Assembly (NCBI GenBank): GCA_035504495.1
Contig: DATJRT010000033.1
Coordinates: 1 to 54,412, forward strand
Direction of reading: 5' to 3'
Source: Terracidiphilus sp.
GTDB lineage: Bacteria; Acidobacteriota; Terriglobia; Terriglobales; Acidobacteriaceae
DNA length: 54,412 bases
Both the position numbers and the translations under genes were made by a program. Positions within the stretch are counted from its first letter, which is position 1, and each line of letters starts with the position of its first letter. Below are positions 8,693 to 17,301 of the stretch, in pieces. The notes beneath the pieces are model-generated. The model worked only from the letters and a program-made list of their open reading frames with translations. It had not been told where the DNA came from and made no database searches.

Positions 8693-9565
8693 GTGGGCTG
8701 GTTCCGCTCGAACCTCCGGCGCATGGGCAAGCAGTCCTTCGACCGATCCGGTCTCCAGCAGCACAAACAAATTGCCGTCCGGGTCGCGGACAAAGACGAG
8801 CTTGTCCTGCCGTTCCACCTTTAGCCCAGCGTGCCGCAACTGGTCGGCGGCCTTGCGCGCGTCGGGCACAGGAAACAGCATCTCCGGCTCTCCTTTAGAG
8901 CCGGTTGAGTTCAGCACGATACGCAGCCCGGGCGCATCCGGCGCGGTCAGGTGGACGCTGCTATCAGCGTCCTCAGCCTCGAATCCGAGCTTGGTGTAGA
9001 ACTGCCGCTCCGCAGCCAGATTCGAGACCGGCAATTCGAACCCCAGCAGCGTATCAGAAACGCGGTGCTCGCCCAGGTGCTGGCCCTTGTCCAGCATGTG
9101 CCGCGAGTCGGGCATGTATTGCGTGAATTCGGTGGTTCGCCCGGATGGATCGCTGAGCGCGAAAATCAGGTTGCCGGCTCCCGCCTTGCGCACCGGGGGA
9201 GGCTTCAGGCCGCGCTGCGCGTAGAGCGCGGCAAGCCCGTTGGCATCGTTGGTTTCGTAGCAGGCGTGCATCCAGCCCAGCGGCTGCGGCGAATCGCTTT
9301 GCGGATACACTTCGATGAACTGCCGGTCGTTCACCTTGACGAATACCTCCATCGTCTTTGCGCCGCTGACGCTGGCGAAAGCCTCTTCAAACCCCAGTCT
9401 GCCCAGGAAGTTGATTTCCTTGTCCAGATCGCTCACGCGGAAAGCCACGTGCGCAAGCCCCGTGATCGCCGGGCCCACCGGCGTCGCCGCCTGCTCCTGC
9501 GCGCTCACCAGGCTGGCGCCGGCCAGCGCCATCATTCCCATCGCAACCCACCGATTCCCAACCAT
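8690..9565 (-). CDS. Exported tandem VOC (glyoxalase-fold) protein
   Basis: Signal peptide (MALAGASLVSA-Q). GLAHVAFRVSDL, DPSGRTTEF and VRDPDGNLF motifs. Confidence 0.85.
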   Translation of the reverse strand: MVGNRWVAMGMMALAGASLVSAQEQAATPVGPAITGLAHVAFRVSDLDKEINFLGRLGFEEAFASVSGAKTMEVFVKVNDRQFIEVYPQSDSPQPLGWMHACYETNDANGLAALYAQRGLKPPPVRKAGAGNLIFALSDPSGRTTEFTQYMPDSRHMLDKGQHLGEHRVSDTLLGFELPVSNLAAERQFYTKLGFEAEDADSSVHLTAPDAPGLRIVLNSTGSKGEPEMLFPVPDARKAADQLRHAGLKVERQDKLVFVRDPDGNLFVLLETGSVEGLLAHAPEVRAEPAH

Positions 9566-9611
9566 GTTCACCCAACCTCCCGCGCCGCTCAAGCAAGATC
9601 CGCGCGTCTCT

Positions 9612-9950
9612 TCAGGCGTAGTCTTCGCGGTACGGCGTGAAGACATCGAGCACCTCCGAGTCTTCCATCGCTTCAGCCCGGTGCGCCACGCCGCCATCCA
9701 CCACCACGCTGTCGCCGGCCTTGAGATCCCAGCGCTTGCCGCTGGCTTCAAAGCCGATGCGGCCACGCACCACGTATACCATTTGATGATGCGGATGGGC
9801 GTGGCGCGCACCGCTCCAGCCCTTCTCAAAAGTATGCCGCACCAGCATCAGGTGCGGGCTGCAGGCGAGCACCTGGCGCTGCATGCCCGGCTCGGGCGTG
9901 GTCACCCGGGTGGCGTCGGTCGCCGTGTAATTAACCCCAATCCCGTTCAT
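9612..9950 (-). CDS. Cupin protein, KdgF-like
   Basis: HAHPHHQMVYV, AHRA and LDVFTPYREDY motifs; close to kduD. Confidence 0.85.
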   Translation of the reverse strand: MNGIGVNYTATDATRVTTPEPGMQRQVLACSPHLMLVRHTFEKGWSGARHAHPHHQMVYVVRGRIGFEASGKRWDLKAGDSVVVDGGVAHRAEAMEDSEVLDVFTPYREDYA

Positions 9951-10002
9951 CGCCCCTTCTCGAAAAATTCCGGCGCCCGTTCGCATGGCCCCGGCGTGTT
10001 GG

Positions 10003-10311
10003 TTAGAGATTGAGGAGAAAGACCGGCGCCAGAGACAAGAGCGCGGCCCCACATTGAAGCGCGAGCACGCCGCATGCCGGCCGGGGGGCCCGCGGCAGCC
10101 ACCTGAAGGCGAAAAATACCAGCACCGGGAGTTGGCCGGCCATGAGCAGCTGCCAGATATGCGCGGCCGCGCCCTCATCGGCCTCGCGCGCTGCTCCGAA
10201 GAGAGAGACATGGATAATCACCACCACCAGCGCAAGCAGAGACATGGCCACGGGAAGAAACGCGCTTGGATTTTTGAGCATGGCCGAGAACGAGCGCGAA
10301 TTTTGGTTCAC
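10003..10311 (-). CDS. Hypothetical membrane protein (3 TM)
   Basis: GTG start with GGAGG RBS. DEGAAAHIWQLLM between hydrophobic segments. Confidence 0.8.
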   Translation of the reverse strand: MNQNSRSFSAMLKNPSAFLPVAMSLLALVVVIIHVSLFGAAREADEGAAAHIWQLLMAGQLPVLVFFAFRWLPRAPRPACGVLALQCGAALLSLAPVFLLNL

Positions 10312-10368
10312 TTTACCTCCCTGCAGGATTCCTTCGAAAGGCTCCGGTGCGCTGGGTTTACATTGAGC

Positions 10369-11130
10369 TCACCGGTTCATCCATCCGCCATCGACCACGA
10401 GAATATGGCCGTGCACGTAATCGCTCGCGCTCGATGCCAGATACACCGCCGCCCCGGCCACGTCCTCAGGCTTTCCCCAACGTCCGGCTGGGATCCGCTC
10501 CAGAATCTGCCGCGCCCGCTCGGGATTGTTTCTGAGCGCCTCTGTGTTGTCCGTCTCCATGTAACCCGGCGCGATAGCATTCACGTTCACGCCCTTCGCC
10601 GCCCACTCGTTGGCGAATGCTTTTGTCAGTTGTCCCACGCCGCCCTTGGCCGCCGCATACGACGGCACCGTAATGCCGCCCTGAAACGTCAGCAAAGAGG
10701 CAATGTTGATGATCTTCCCCGAGCCCCGTGCAAGCATGTGCCGGCCCGCATGTTGCGTCAGCCGGAACACGCTGGAAAGATTCACCTCGATCACCGTCTT
10801 CCAATCCTCTTCCGAGTGCTCGGCCGCGGGCGAGCGGCGGATGATGCCGGCGTTGTTGACCAGAATGTCGATGGTGCCGAGGCCGCGTACCGTCTCTTCC
10901 ACCAGCCGCGCGCACACCTCGGCGTCGCCCACGTCTCCCGCCAGCGCGATCGATTGTGCCCCCACGGCGACTACTTTTTGCCGCGTGGCCTCAGGCGCGA
11001 TGCTCGAGCCGTGCACGGCCACGTCCGCGCCCGCCTCTGCAAGCGCAACCGCAATGGCCGCACCCAAGCCGCGCGACGAGCCGGTCACCAGCGCTGTTTT
11101 CCCCTTGAGATGAAAGTGGTCGAGTATCAG
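10369..11130 (-). CDS. kduD: 2-dehydro-3-deoxy-D-gluconate 5-dehydrogenase (SDR)
   Basis: TGSSRGLG, NNAGIIRR, IASLLTFQGGITVPSYAAAK and NAIAPGY motifs. Start uncertain; CTG at 11130 proposed. Confidence 0.88.
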   Translation of the reverse strand: MILDHFHLKGKTALVTGSSRGLGAAIAVALAEAGADVAVHGSSIAPEATRQKVVAVGAQSIALAGDVGDAEVCARLVEETVRGLGTIDILVNNAGIIRRSPAAEHSEEDWKTVIEVNLSSVFRLTQHAGRHMLARGSGKIINIASLLTFQGGITVPSYAAAKGGVGQLTKAFANEWAAKGVNVNAIAPGYMETDNTEALRNNPERARQILERIPAGRWGKPEDVAGAAVYLASSASDYVHGHILVVDGGWMNR

Positions 11131-11447
11131 GAATTCCGGTCCTTTCCACCGCGCCGCTGCGCCCGCCGCACCGCCGACGCGTGCTCTCGCCTGCGCTGAC
11201 GAAACCGAGAATACAACCTGCGCACTTCGGCCTGCAACCGTCAAGGGCTTCACTTGGAGGGTAACGGCTTCAGGCCGTACGAAAGCCGCCGATGGGAAGT
11301 GAATGGGCTTCAGCATCCGAAGGATTCCTCGTTCCATTCCGGCCAACGCAGGGCGCCGCAGCGCTGTACGCAACGCCCGCGCTCCCGCTATCCTTGATAT
11401 ATGCGCCTCCGTCAGTTTCGCGCGCCGGAGATGCGCACCTGTCTGCC

Positions 11448-11909
11448 ATGTTTATTTCCCCTGGAGTCTCCGCTGTGGTCGCCCTCGCTGGCTTGACCGG
11501 CATTCTTATGTGGCGCGTACGCGAGGGCCGTACCGCCGTCACGGCAAGAAAGATTCTCATCCCGCCGGTCGGCATGGCCACCGGCTTTTCCATGTTCCTC
11601 GTTCCCGCATTTCGCGTGCCCTGGAGCTGGGCTCTCATCGCGTTTCTTCTGGGCGCCGTCGCCCTCGCCTATCCGCTTCTGCTCACCTCGCGCCTCGAGC
11701 GCACAGGCGAATCCATCATGATGAAGCGCTCCGGCGCGTTTTTCGCCGTAGTGATCGTGCTCTTCGCCATCCGCTACTTCGCCCGCGGCTACTTTGGCCG
11801 TCTGCTCACCATGGAGCAAACGGGCGGGCTCTTCTTCATTCTTGCTTTCGGCATGATTCTGCGCTGGCGGCTCAGCATGTTCTTCGAATATCGCGCGCTC
11901 ACGGCCTGA
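11448..11909 (+). CDS. CcdC/DUF1453-family membrane protein
   Basis: KILIPPVGMATGFSMF, AYPLLLTS and FFILAFGMILRWR resemble the Bacillus CcdC family. Confidence 0.8.
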   Translation: MFISPGVSAVVALAGLTGILMWRVREGRTAVTARKILIPPVGMATGFSMFLVPAFRVPWSWALIAFLLGAVALAYPLLLTSRLERTGESIMMKRSGAFFAVVIVLFAIRYFARGYFGRLLTMEQTGGLFFILAFGMILRWRLSMFFEYRALTA

Positions 11910-11952
11910 ACAGCGTGCGGTGGACAGGGAAATGCAGCTCGCGCGCCACGCG

Positions 11953-13002
11953 TCAGCGCGCCATCGAACTCGAAACCGGCCCCTGGGTCCCGGTGGGGAT
12001 CTGGTTCATCGGCAATTCCAGGGCAAAGAGGGATGTGTTGCCTTCGTCGGCGTGCACCCAGATCCCGTGAAACGCCTTGGCCAGCTCAGGATGCAACTCA
12101 AGCAACGCCGCCATGATGGCGGATACCTGCTCGCGCGCCATCGGCGGATTGCGCAGCTCCGTGGCCTGCGTCGAATCGGGCGAGTAATGAACGTCCAGAT
12201 CGAGCCCGCCCAGCTCGGTCGTGGTGTCGATCGCGGTGACTGTAAACACTCCGCCGTTCGTGGTGATGTGCAGCGGCTGCGCGCCGGGTACATTGTCCGG
12301 CTTCACCTGGTCGGTCTCGTGCTCCAGCTTGTCCAGATTCGGGCTCGAAAGAAAATCCAGCGGATCGAGAAGATTTGCGGCCATGCGATAGTAGAGCCAC
12401 GCATCCCAATCCATCTTGGTTTGCGCGAATTGGCGCGCCGATATCCAATACCAAAGCCCGTCGTGTCCGGCTGCGATCATTGGTTTCGAAAAGAATCCGG
12501 CCAGCATCCATCGGCCCCCGTTGGCCTTCGATAGAATCAGCGCAACCTGCTGGGGCTGCGCGATTCCCGTCGCGTGCACGATAGCCAGCGCGTAGACGGC
12601 CGGAGGCAGGTTGGTGAAATGGATCACCACCACCGGCGATCCGCAATAGAAGTCCGTGTGCGCCTCGCCGGCCTGGTCGTCTGAGGCGTCCAGAAGATAG
12701 AGCGAATCCACGGTGATTGTGGCCCGTTCGACCAGCGGCCGCAGGTACTCGACCGAATTGCGAATCCCGCTGAAGTCCGCGGCCACGGCGGGGATGGTAT
12801 TCGCCTGCAGTCCGGCTTCGTCGCCGCTCTCGACCTGCGCCAGCACCGTGCGCGCCGAGCCTTCCAGGCTGGAGCGATCGGTGGCCGACATTTGTGCTTG
12901 AGTCGTGCAAGCGGCGGCATGGGCATCGATTCCGCTCACCGCCGTTGCGCAGGCCAGCAGCAACACCAGGGCGCAGTACCTCTTCGCAAACCTCAATTGC
13001 AT
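11953..13002 (-). CDS. Hypothetical exported protein
   Basis: Signal peptide from MQLRFAKRYCALVLLLACA; long biased ORF. Confidence 0.82.
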   Translation of the reverse strand: MQLRFAKRYCALVLLLACATAVSGIDAHAAACTTQAQMSATDRSSLEGSARTVLAQVESGDEAGLQANTIPAVAADFSGIRNSVEYLRPLVERATITVDSLYLLDASDDQAGEAHTDFYCGSPVVVIHFTNLPPAVYALAIVHATGIAQPQQVALILSKANGGRWMLAGFFSKPMIAAGHDGLWYWISARQFAQTKMDWDAWLYYRMAANLLDPLDFLSSPNLDKLEHETDQVKPDNVPGAQPLHITTNGGVFTVTAIDTTTELGGLDLDVHYSPDSTQATELRNPPMAREQVSAIMAALLELHPELAKAFHGIWVHADEGNTSLFALELPMNQIPTGTQGPVSSSMAR

Positions 13003-13375
13003 CGGCGTGAGCCTTTCCGGAGTCTTCGGCGGCAGGCGCCGCCATCTGCTTGGATGCTTCGCACGGCGGTAATTTCTGCCTTTGGCGGCGGCGAATTTTT
13101 TGCCGGATGCGGGCAATCTGTGCGCGGTTGTCTGCCTTCGAGAAATTTTCTTCCGAAATCCCGTCGCCATCTATCGACGCCTGAGTTCAGCCGCTTAGGA
13201 TGCCTCTAGCGAAGCTGATTTCTTAACACTCGTTGCCTGCCGGCAGGCAAGAGCGAAAGCCGGGGCCAGGAGTTCGAAGAGCGAAGACGCGCGCCTTCCG
13301 TGCCGTTGTTGCTCGTCCTTCCGGCGGTCGCGGCAATGGCAGGCGTCACCGTTCACTCCCCTGCAACGGCGCGCG

Positions 13376-14113
13376 TCAGGAAGCGGCTGTATGGGTTAAG
13401 CGCCCGTCCAGCTCCGCGGGGTCGCCGCTCGCGCGCATCTGGTCTGCCGCTGCACGCAGCATTTCGAGGGCATGGCGCAGAACCTCGCGTTTCGCCTGCT
13501 CGATCGGCATGGGCGCGATCACGGTCATGCCTCCCACGAGCCGGTTCAGTTCAAGATAAGACTTCCGGTTGGCATGCAAAAATTCGAGCGGATACTCGGG
13601 TTTGCGCGCACGCGCCGCCGCCGGGTCGGCGTCCAGCAAGTAGCTGATCTGCGGTCTGGGTACGATGCGCATCAATCCTTGCGCGAAGGCGCGCATCAGC
13701 GGGTTGCGCAGATTCAGGTTGGCAAGCTCGTCGTAAATGTGCCGGTCGAAGATCACCAGATCGTTGCCCGAGCGCAACGCCTGCTTCACCGCTCGCCGCA
13801 AAGAAAGCGCGTCGAGAAGATAGAGGCCCAGACGCGCGCAGCTCATCGGCCACGACTGCACGTTCTTGTCGCGCCGGTTCACTGGCGCCTCCGGCCTGCC
13901 CACGCCCTTTTCGCCGCCGAAAAGCGTGTGTCCCGCGCCCTCGCGGAGCCGGGTCAGCGTAGCAATCTGATCCCAGAAGGCTAGAACGCTCACACGCAGG
14001 CCCAGCTCCTGCATGCGTGCCTCTAAAGCGGCAATCTGCGTGCTCTTGCCGGCGCCGTCGATCCCGGAAAAGCTGACGCATTTGGTTTGAAGGTCCCGAT
14101 TGCCAGTTTGCAT
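13376..14113 (-). CDS. Thymidylate-kinase-like P-loop kinase
   Basis: SFSGIDGAGKSTQ, IFDRHIYD and ARARKPE motifs. Confidence 0.85.
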   Translation of the reverse strand: MQTGNRDLQTKCVSFSGIDGAGKSTQIAALEARMQELGLRVSVLAFWDQIATLTRLREGAGHTLFGGEKGVGRPEAPVNRRDKNVQSWPMSCARLGLYLLDALSLRRAVKQALRSGNDLVIFDRHIYDELANLNLRNPLMRAFAQGLMRIVPRPQISYLLDADPAAARARKPEYPLEFLHANRKSYLELNRLVGGMTVIAPMPIEQAKREVLRHALEMLRAAADQMRASGDPAELDGRLTHTAAS

Positions 14114-14143
14114 CGATTCCCTCACTGCGCTGTCGCGCCCTGG

Positions 14144-14569
14144 TTAGCGCGGCGGTTCACTGGAGCTTCCGTGGGAAAGCGCCGCAACCGTGCCAACGGC
14201 CACGGCAGCGCCCACAATCACGGCCACGCGAATGACAAATGCGCGCCGCCGTCTCTGCTTGGCAGGCGCAATCGCGGCGCCCGCGGGCCGGGATGCGGCG
14301 ATGCCCGCATTGGTTTCCGCCGGAGCCGCGGCCGTGCCCACGGCCGGCGCGGGCGCGTTTTGGCCGGCTGTGCTTTGCGCGTCCTGAGCAGCCGGTTGCT
14401 GTGCCGGCGGACCGTTTTGCGTTTGTGCGGCGGGCTGCGCGTTTTGCTGCTGCGAGGGCGCGGCCATCGCACTCAGCGGCGCCGCCAGCAGCATCGAGAG
14501 ACAGCCGACCGTGAGTTTGTTCACCGCGCTGGCTACAATCTTCCCTGCATTTGTCCTTACATTCTTCAT
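14144..14569 (-). CDS. Hypothetical exported Ala/Gln/Pro-rich protein with C-terminal TM helix
   Basis: Signal peptide, low-complexity linker, KQRRRR then hydrophobic tail. Confidence 0.75.
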   Translation of the reverse strand: MKNVRTNAGKIVASAVNKLTVGCLSMLLAAPLSAMAAPSQQQNAQPAAQTQNGPPAQQPAAQDAQSTAGQNAPAPAVGTAAAPAETNAGIAASRPAGAAIAPAKQRRRRAFVIRVAVIVGAAVAVGTVAALSHGSSSEPPR

Positions 14570-14619
14570 TGCTTGCTCCGATCCCGGCATTCTTCCGGCC
14601 GTATCGAGATGACCGCGTT

Positions 14620-15030
14620 TCAAGCGGCGCTGCGCGCAGTGTGAGCCCGGCTGCCCTGCGCGCAATCCGGCGCGATGCCGTGCCCGATCGGCTGCTGAAA
14701 ACTGGCAATCGCCTCCGCGGTTGTGTCGTAGCTCTTGAACAAGCGCCCCACCCCGGAGGCATCGAGAGCCGCGCGTGCCTCGCGAGGGACCGCGGCAAGG
14801 TGCACATCGCCGTTGCGTTTCATCGCTTCTTCAAGGCAGCAGAGCATCACCCAGATCTCGTCTTTGCCCAGCCCGTGTACTCCGGAGCAGTCCAGCACCA
14901 CCGCCGGCCTCCGGCCGCTCAGGCACTCCTCAGTCTCGCGCAGGAAAACCCTCGCTTCCTCTTCATCCTGCTTCGCGGGAAGCTTTCTCACCGTGACAGC
15001 GCGTGTTCGCATTGTCGTTGTTTTTTCCAT
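14620..15030 (-). CDS. STAS domain protein (anti-sigma antagonist-like)
   Basis: VVLDCSGV...EAMKRNGDVHLAAV...GVGRLFKSY pattern. Confidence 0.85.
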   Translation of the reverse strand: MEKTTTMRTRAVTVRKLPAKQDEEEARVFLRETEECLSGRRPAVVLDCSGVHGLGKDEIWVMLCCLEEAMKRNGDVHLAAVPREARAALDASGVGRLFKSYDTTAEAIASFQQPIGHGIAPDCAQGSRAHTARSAA

Positions 15031-15100
15031 CAACTCTCTCTATTCCGGCGCTTCGCCCGCACCTGGAAAAATTTCATTCCGTTTATCGCGTCCGTCGTTC

Positions 15101-17089
15101 TCACGCTTCGACTCGGCGCAGCGGCTGCGCCTCCTTGAGCACGCGCTCCAGCTCCGCTTCGGGATCGCGCCATGTGTGCGCCACCATGTTTCTGCCATAG
15201 CGGAAGAGATTGGGCAGATTGGTGTTGTACCAGCAGCACTCCCGCATACGTGGCGAAAGGCCGCACAGGAATCGCAGTTTGTCCAGCCTGTCTGGCGAAG
15301 TCAGCAGCGCCGCCACCAGGCGATGGTTGCCGTCCAGTATGGTCATCGGCTCGGTTTCGCTGGTTCCGATCAGAATTACGGTGCCGAACTCCACGTCTTC
15401 ACGCAGAAAATCCTTTCCAATCGCATCGATCTTCGATACGAACGCCGAATCGAGGGCGTTGCGGTAGTCGTCCAGCCGCTCCGTCACTGTGGTCACCGAG
15501 AAATTGCCCCGCGCCAGCTTTCTCCATTGCGCACGAGGGAAAACCCGGATGTAGTTGAGCTCCTCTTGATTCAATGCCACTTCATACCACTCCGTTCCCG
15601 GCGGAATCTCCTTCCACAACGCCAAGTGACGGAGGAAGAAGAGCGCGCGCCGCGCGGCATTCTCCTCGGGATTGCCGAGGTCGGGAGCGGCCACAATCGG
15701 GCCCAGCGTGGCCTGGTAATTTTCGAAGACCGGCGTCGCAAAGTCGCTCTTCAGGAACTCGGCAATCGCTTCGTCCTCGGAAACGCGACGCAGCAGCTGC
15801 ACCGGGCGGCAGCTCAGCACCATGGGCATATCGTCGACATCGGTAAGCGAGTTCACCAGGAAAGGAACAGCGACGAGGACCAGAAGCACCGCCATCAGAA
15901 GCAACTGCACCAGCACCACTTCCCGCAGACTGGAATGGAAGCAGTAAATGCCGCCGACCAGCACGCCGCTGAAAGCAAGCTGCACCCAGCTGGTGTTCGC
16001 AATCTTGTAAGACATCTCGAAGGTGATAATCACAGCGCTGAGCGAATAGATGACGATGGCCAACGCGTAAAGCGCAAGCAGATACGAGAGGTTGTAGCGG
16101 CCCGCGACCTCGAACCCAGAGCCGAACAGGTGCGTCCATATCCAAGGCGGCGCAACGCACAGGGCCAGCGCCAGCCCCGCGCCGCTGCCCAGCACCAGCA
16201 TGAGAGACGTGGCGATCACCCTGAGATCCCTGCGGTCCTCTTTGGTTGTGCCCGCCACCAGCGGGAATGTGGTATTCACCACCGCCGAGGTCATGGTGAA
16301 GATCACGCGGCCCACCATGGCTACGGCCGCGTAGATTCCCGCGTCGTGCGCGGCGAAGAAATGGTTCACCATCACAATGCCGCAGTTGCCAATGAGCATC
16401 TGGCCCGCATAGAACACCGTGGCCTGCGCCGTCTCCCGGAACGCGTAACGGAAATGAAGGGGATTGGGAGCATGACCCACCAGCCGGGAGGGAATGGCAA
16501 GGTAAGCGGCTACCACTGCCGCGGCATTCGCGGCGATCACTCCACGCACGCCGAAGCCGGCCACAATCAGCAGATACGATCCAACCAAGCGAACCGCACC
16601 CTCGAGCACCAGGTTCAATGCCAGGCCGCGAAATCCATAGGTGCCCTGCACGTATCCGCGGCGCGGTCCCAGCGGGATGTAAAACCCCACTCCGACGGCG
16701 AGCAGCGCAACCAGCGAGGAATCCTGCAGGTTCAGATAATTCGAAATGGCGCCGCGGGAAAACAGGAGCGCCAGCGCAATCGCCAGTCCCAGCACCCATG
16801 CCGCGCGGTGATATCCGCGGTAGACCGCGGCTTTTCCCTCGAGCGTGGTTTGCTGCGCCACCACCTTGCTGGAGGTGATCTGCAGCGAGAGCATCACCGC
16901 CGAAAGCAGCGTGAGCAGGGTGTAAACCACCGTGGCTTGCCCGAATCCCCTGGGGCCGAGGAACCGCGCCACCACGATGTTGTAAAGCAGATTGGTGGCA
17001 ATGGTCATGCCCGACCCGGAGAGCAAAACCACGCTTCCGGAGACAATCCGGGCGCGCAACGACTTCGTCTTGTGGGTCGCAACTTCCAC
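15101..17089 (-). CDS. MOP/Wzx-type flippase fused to a ~230-aa soluble C-terminal domain
   Basis: VARFLGPRGFG, RGYVQG and AGIYAAVAMVGR with about 12 TM segments. C-terminal domain carries ILDGNHRL. Confidence 0.88.
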   Translation of the reverse strand: MEVATHKTKSLRARIVSGSVVLLSGSGMTIATNLLYNIVVARFLGPRGFGQATVVYTLLTLLSAVMLSLQITSSKVVAQQTTLEGKAAVYRGYHRAAWVLGLAIALALLFSRGAISNYLNLQDSSLVALLAVGVGFYIPLGPRRGYVQGTYGFRGLALNLVLEGAVRLVGSYLLIVAGFGVRGVIAANAAAVVAAYLAIPSRLVGHAPNPLHFRYAFRETAQATVFYAGQMLIGNCGIVMVNHFFAAHDAGIYAAVAMVGRVIFTMTSAVVNTTFPLVAGTTKEDRRDLRVIATSLMLVLGSGAGLALALCVAPPWIWTHLFGSGFEVAGRYNLSYLLALYALAIVIYSLSAVIITFEMSYKIANTSWVQLAFSGVLVGGIYCFHSSLREVVLVQLLLMAVLLVLVAVPFLVNSLTDVDDMPMVLSCRPVQLLRRVSEDEAIAEFLKSDFATPVFENYQATLGPIVAAPDLGNPEENAARRALFFLRHLALWKEIPPGTEWYEVALNQEELNYIRVFPRAQWRKLARGNFSVTTVTERLDDYRNALDSAFVSKIDAIGKDFLREDVEFGTVILIGTSETEPMTILDGNHRLVAALLTSPDRLDKLRFLCGLSPRMRECCWYNTNLPNLFRYGRNMVAHTWRDPEAELERVLKEAQPLRRVEA

Positions 17090-17301
17090 TGCGTTTTCTA
17101 TGCTCCCCGAGGGAACTCGGCAAATGCGAAATCTTCAATAAACAGATTGGGCGCGAATCGGTATCGGCGCAGCAATCCCAAACGGCGGCAATTAGTTCCG
17201 ATGCGCAAATGAACGTTCTGGCTGCTCCAACGGGCGCCTCCCGCATGCGTGACGCGGGCAAACCAACCGGGCAATTCCCGCGCGCTTCTAACTACCTGAG
17301 A

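Noticed and set aside
13376-14113. Assigning the symbol tmk
   Set aside because: Fold motifs fit, but the glycan-locus context makes dTMP specificity uncertain.
14735-17212. 825-aa plus-strand ORF, and similar long antisense ORFs (5587-7080, 9985-11199, 26005-27258, 28132-29427, 46689-47954)
   Set aside because: Shadow ORFs opposite well-supported genes in GC-rich DNA, with no motifs.
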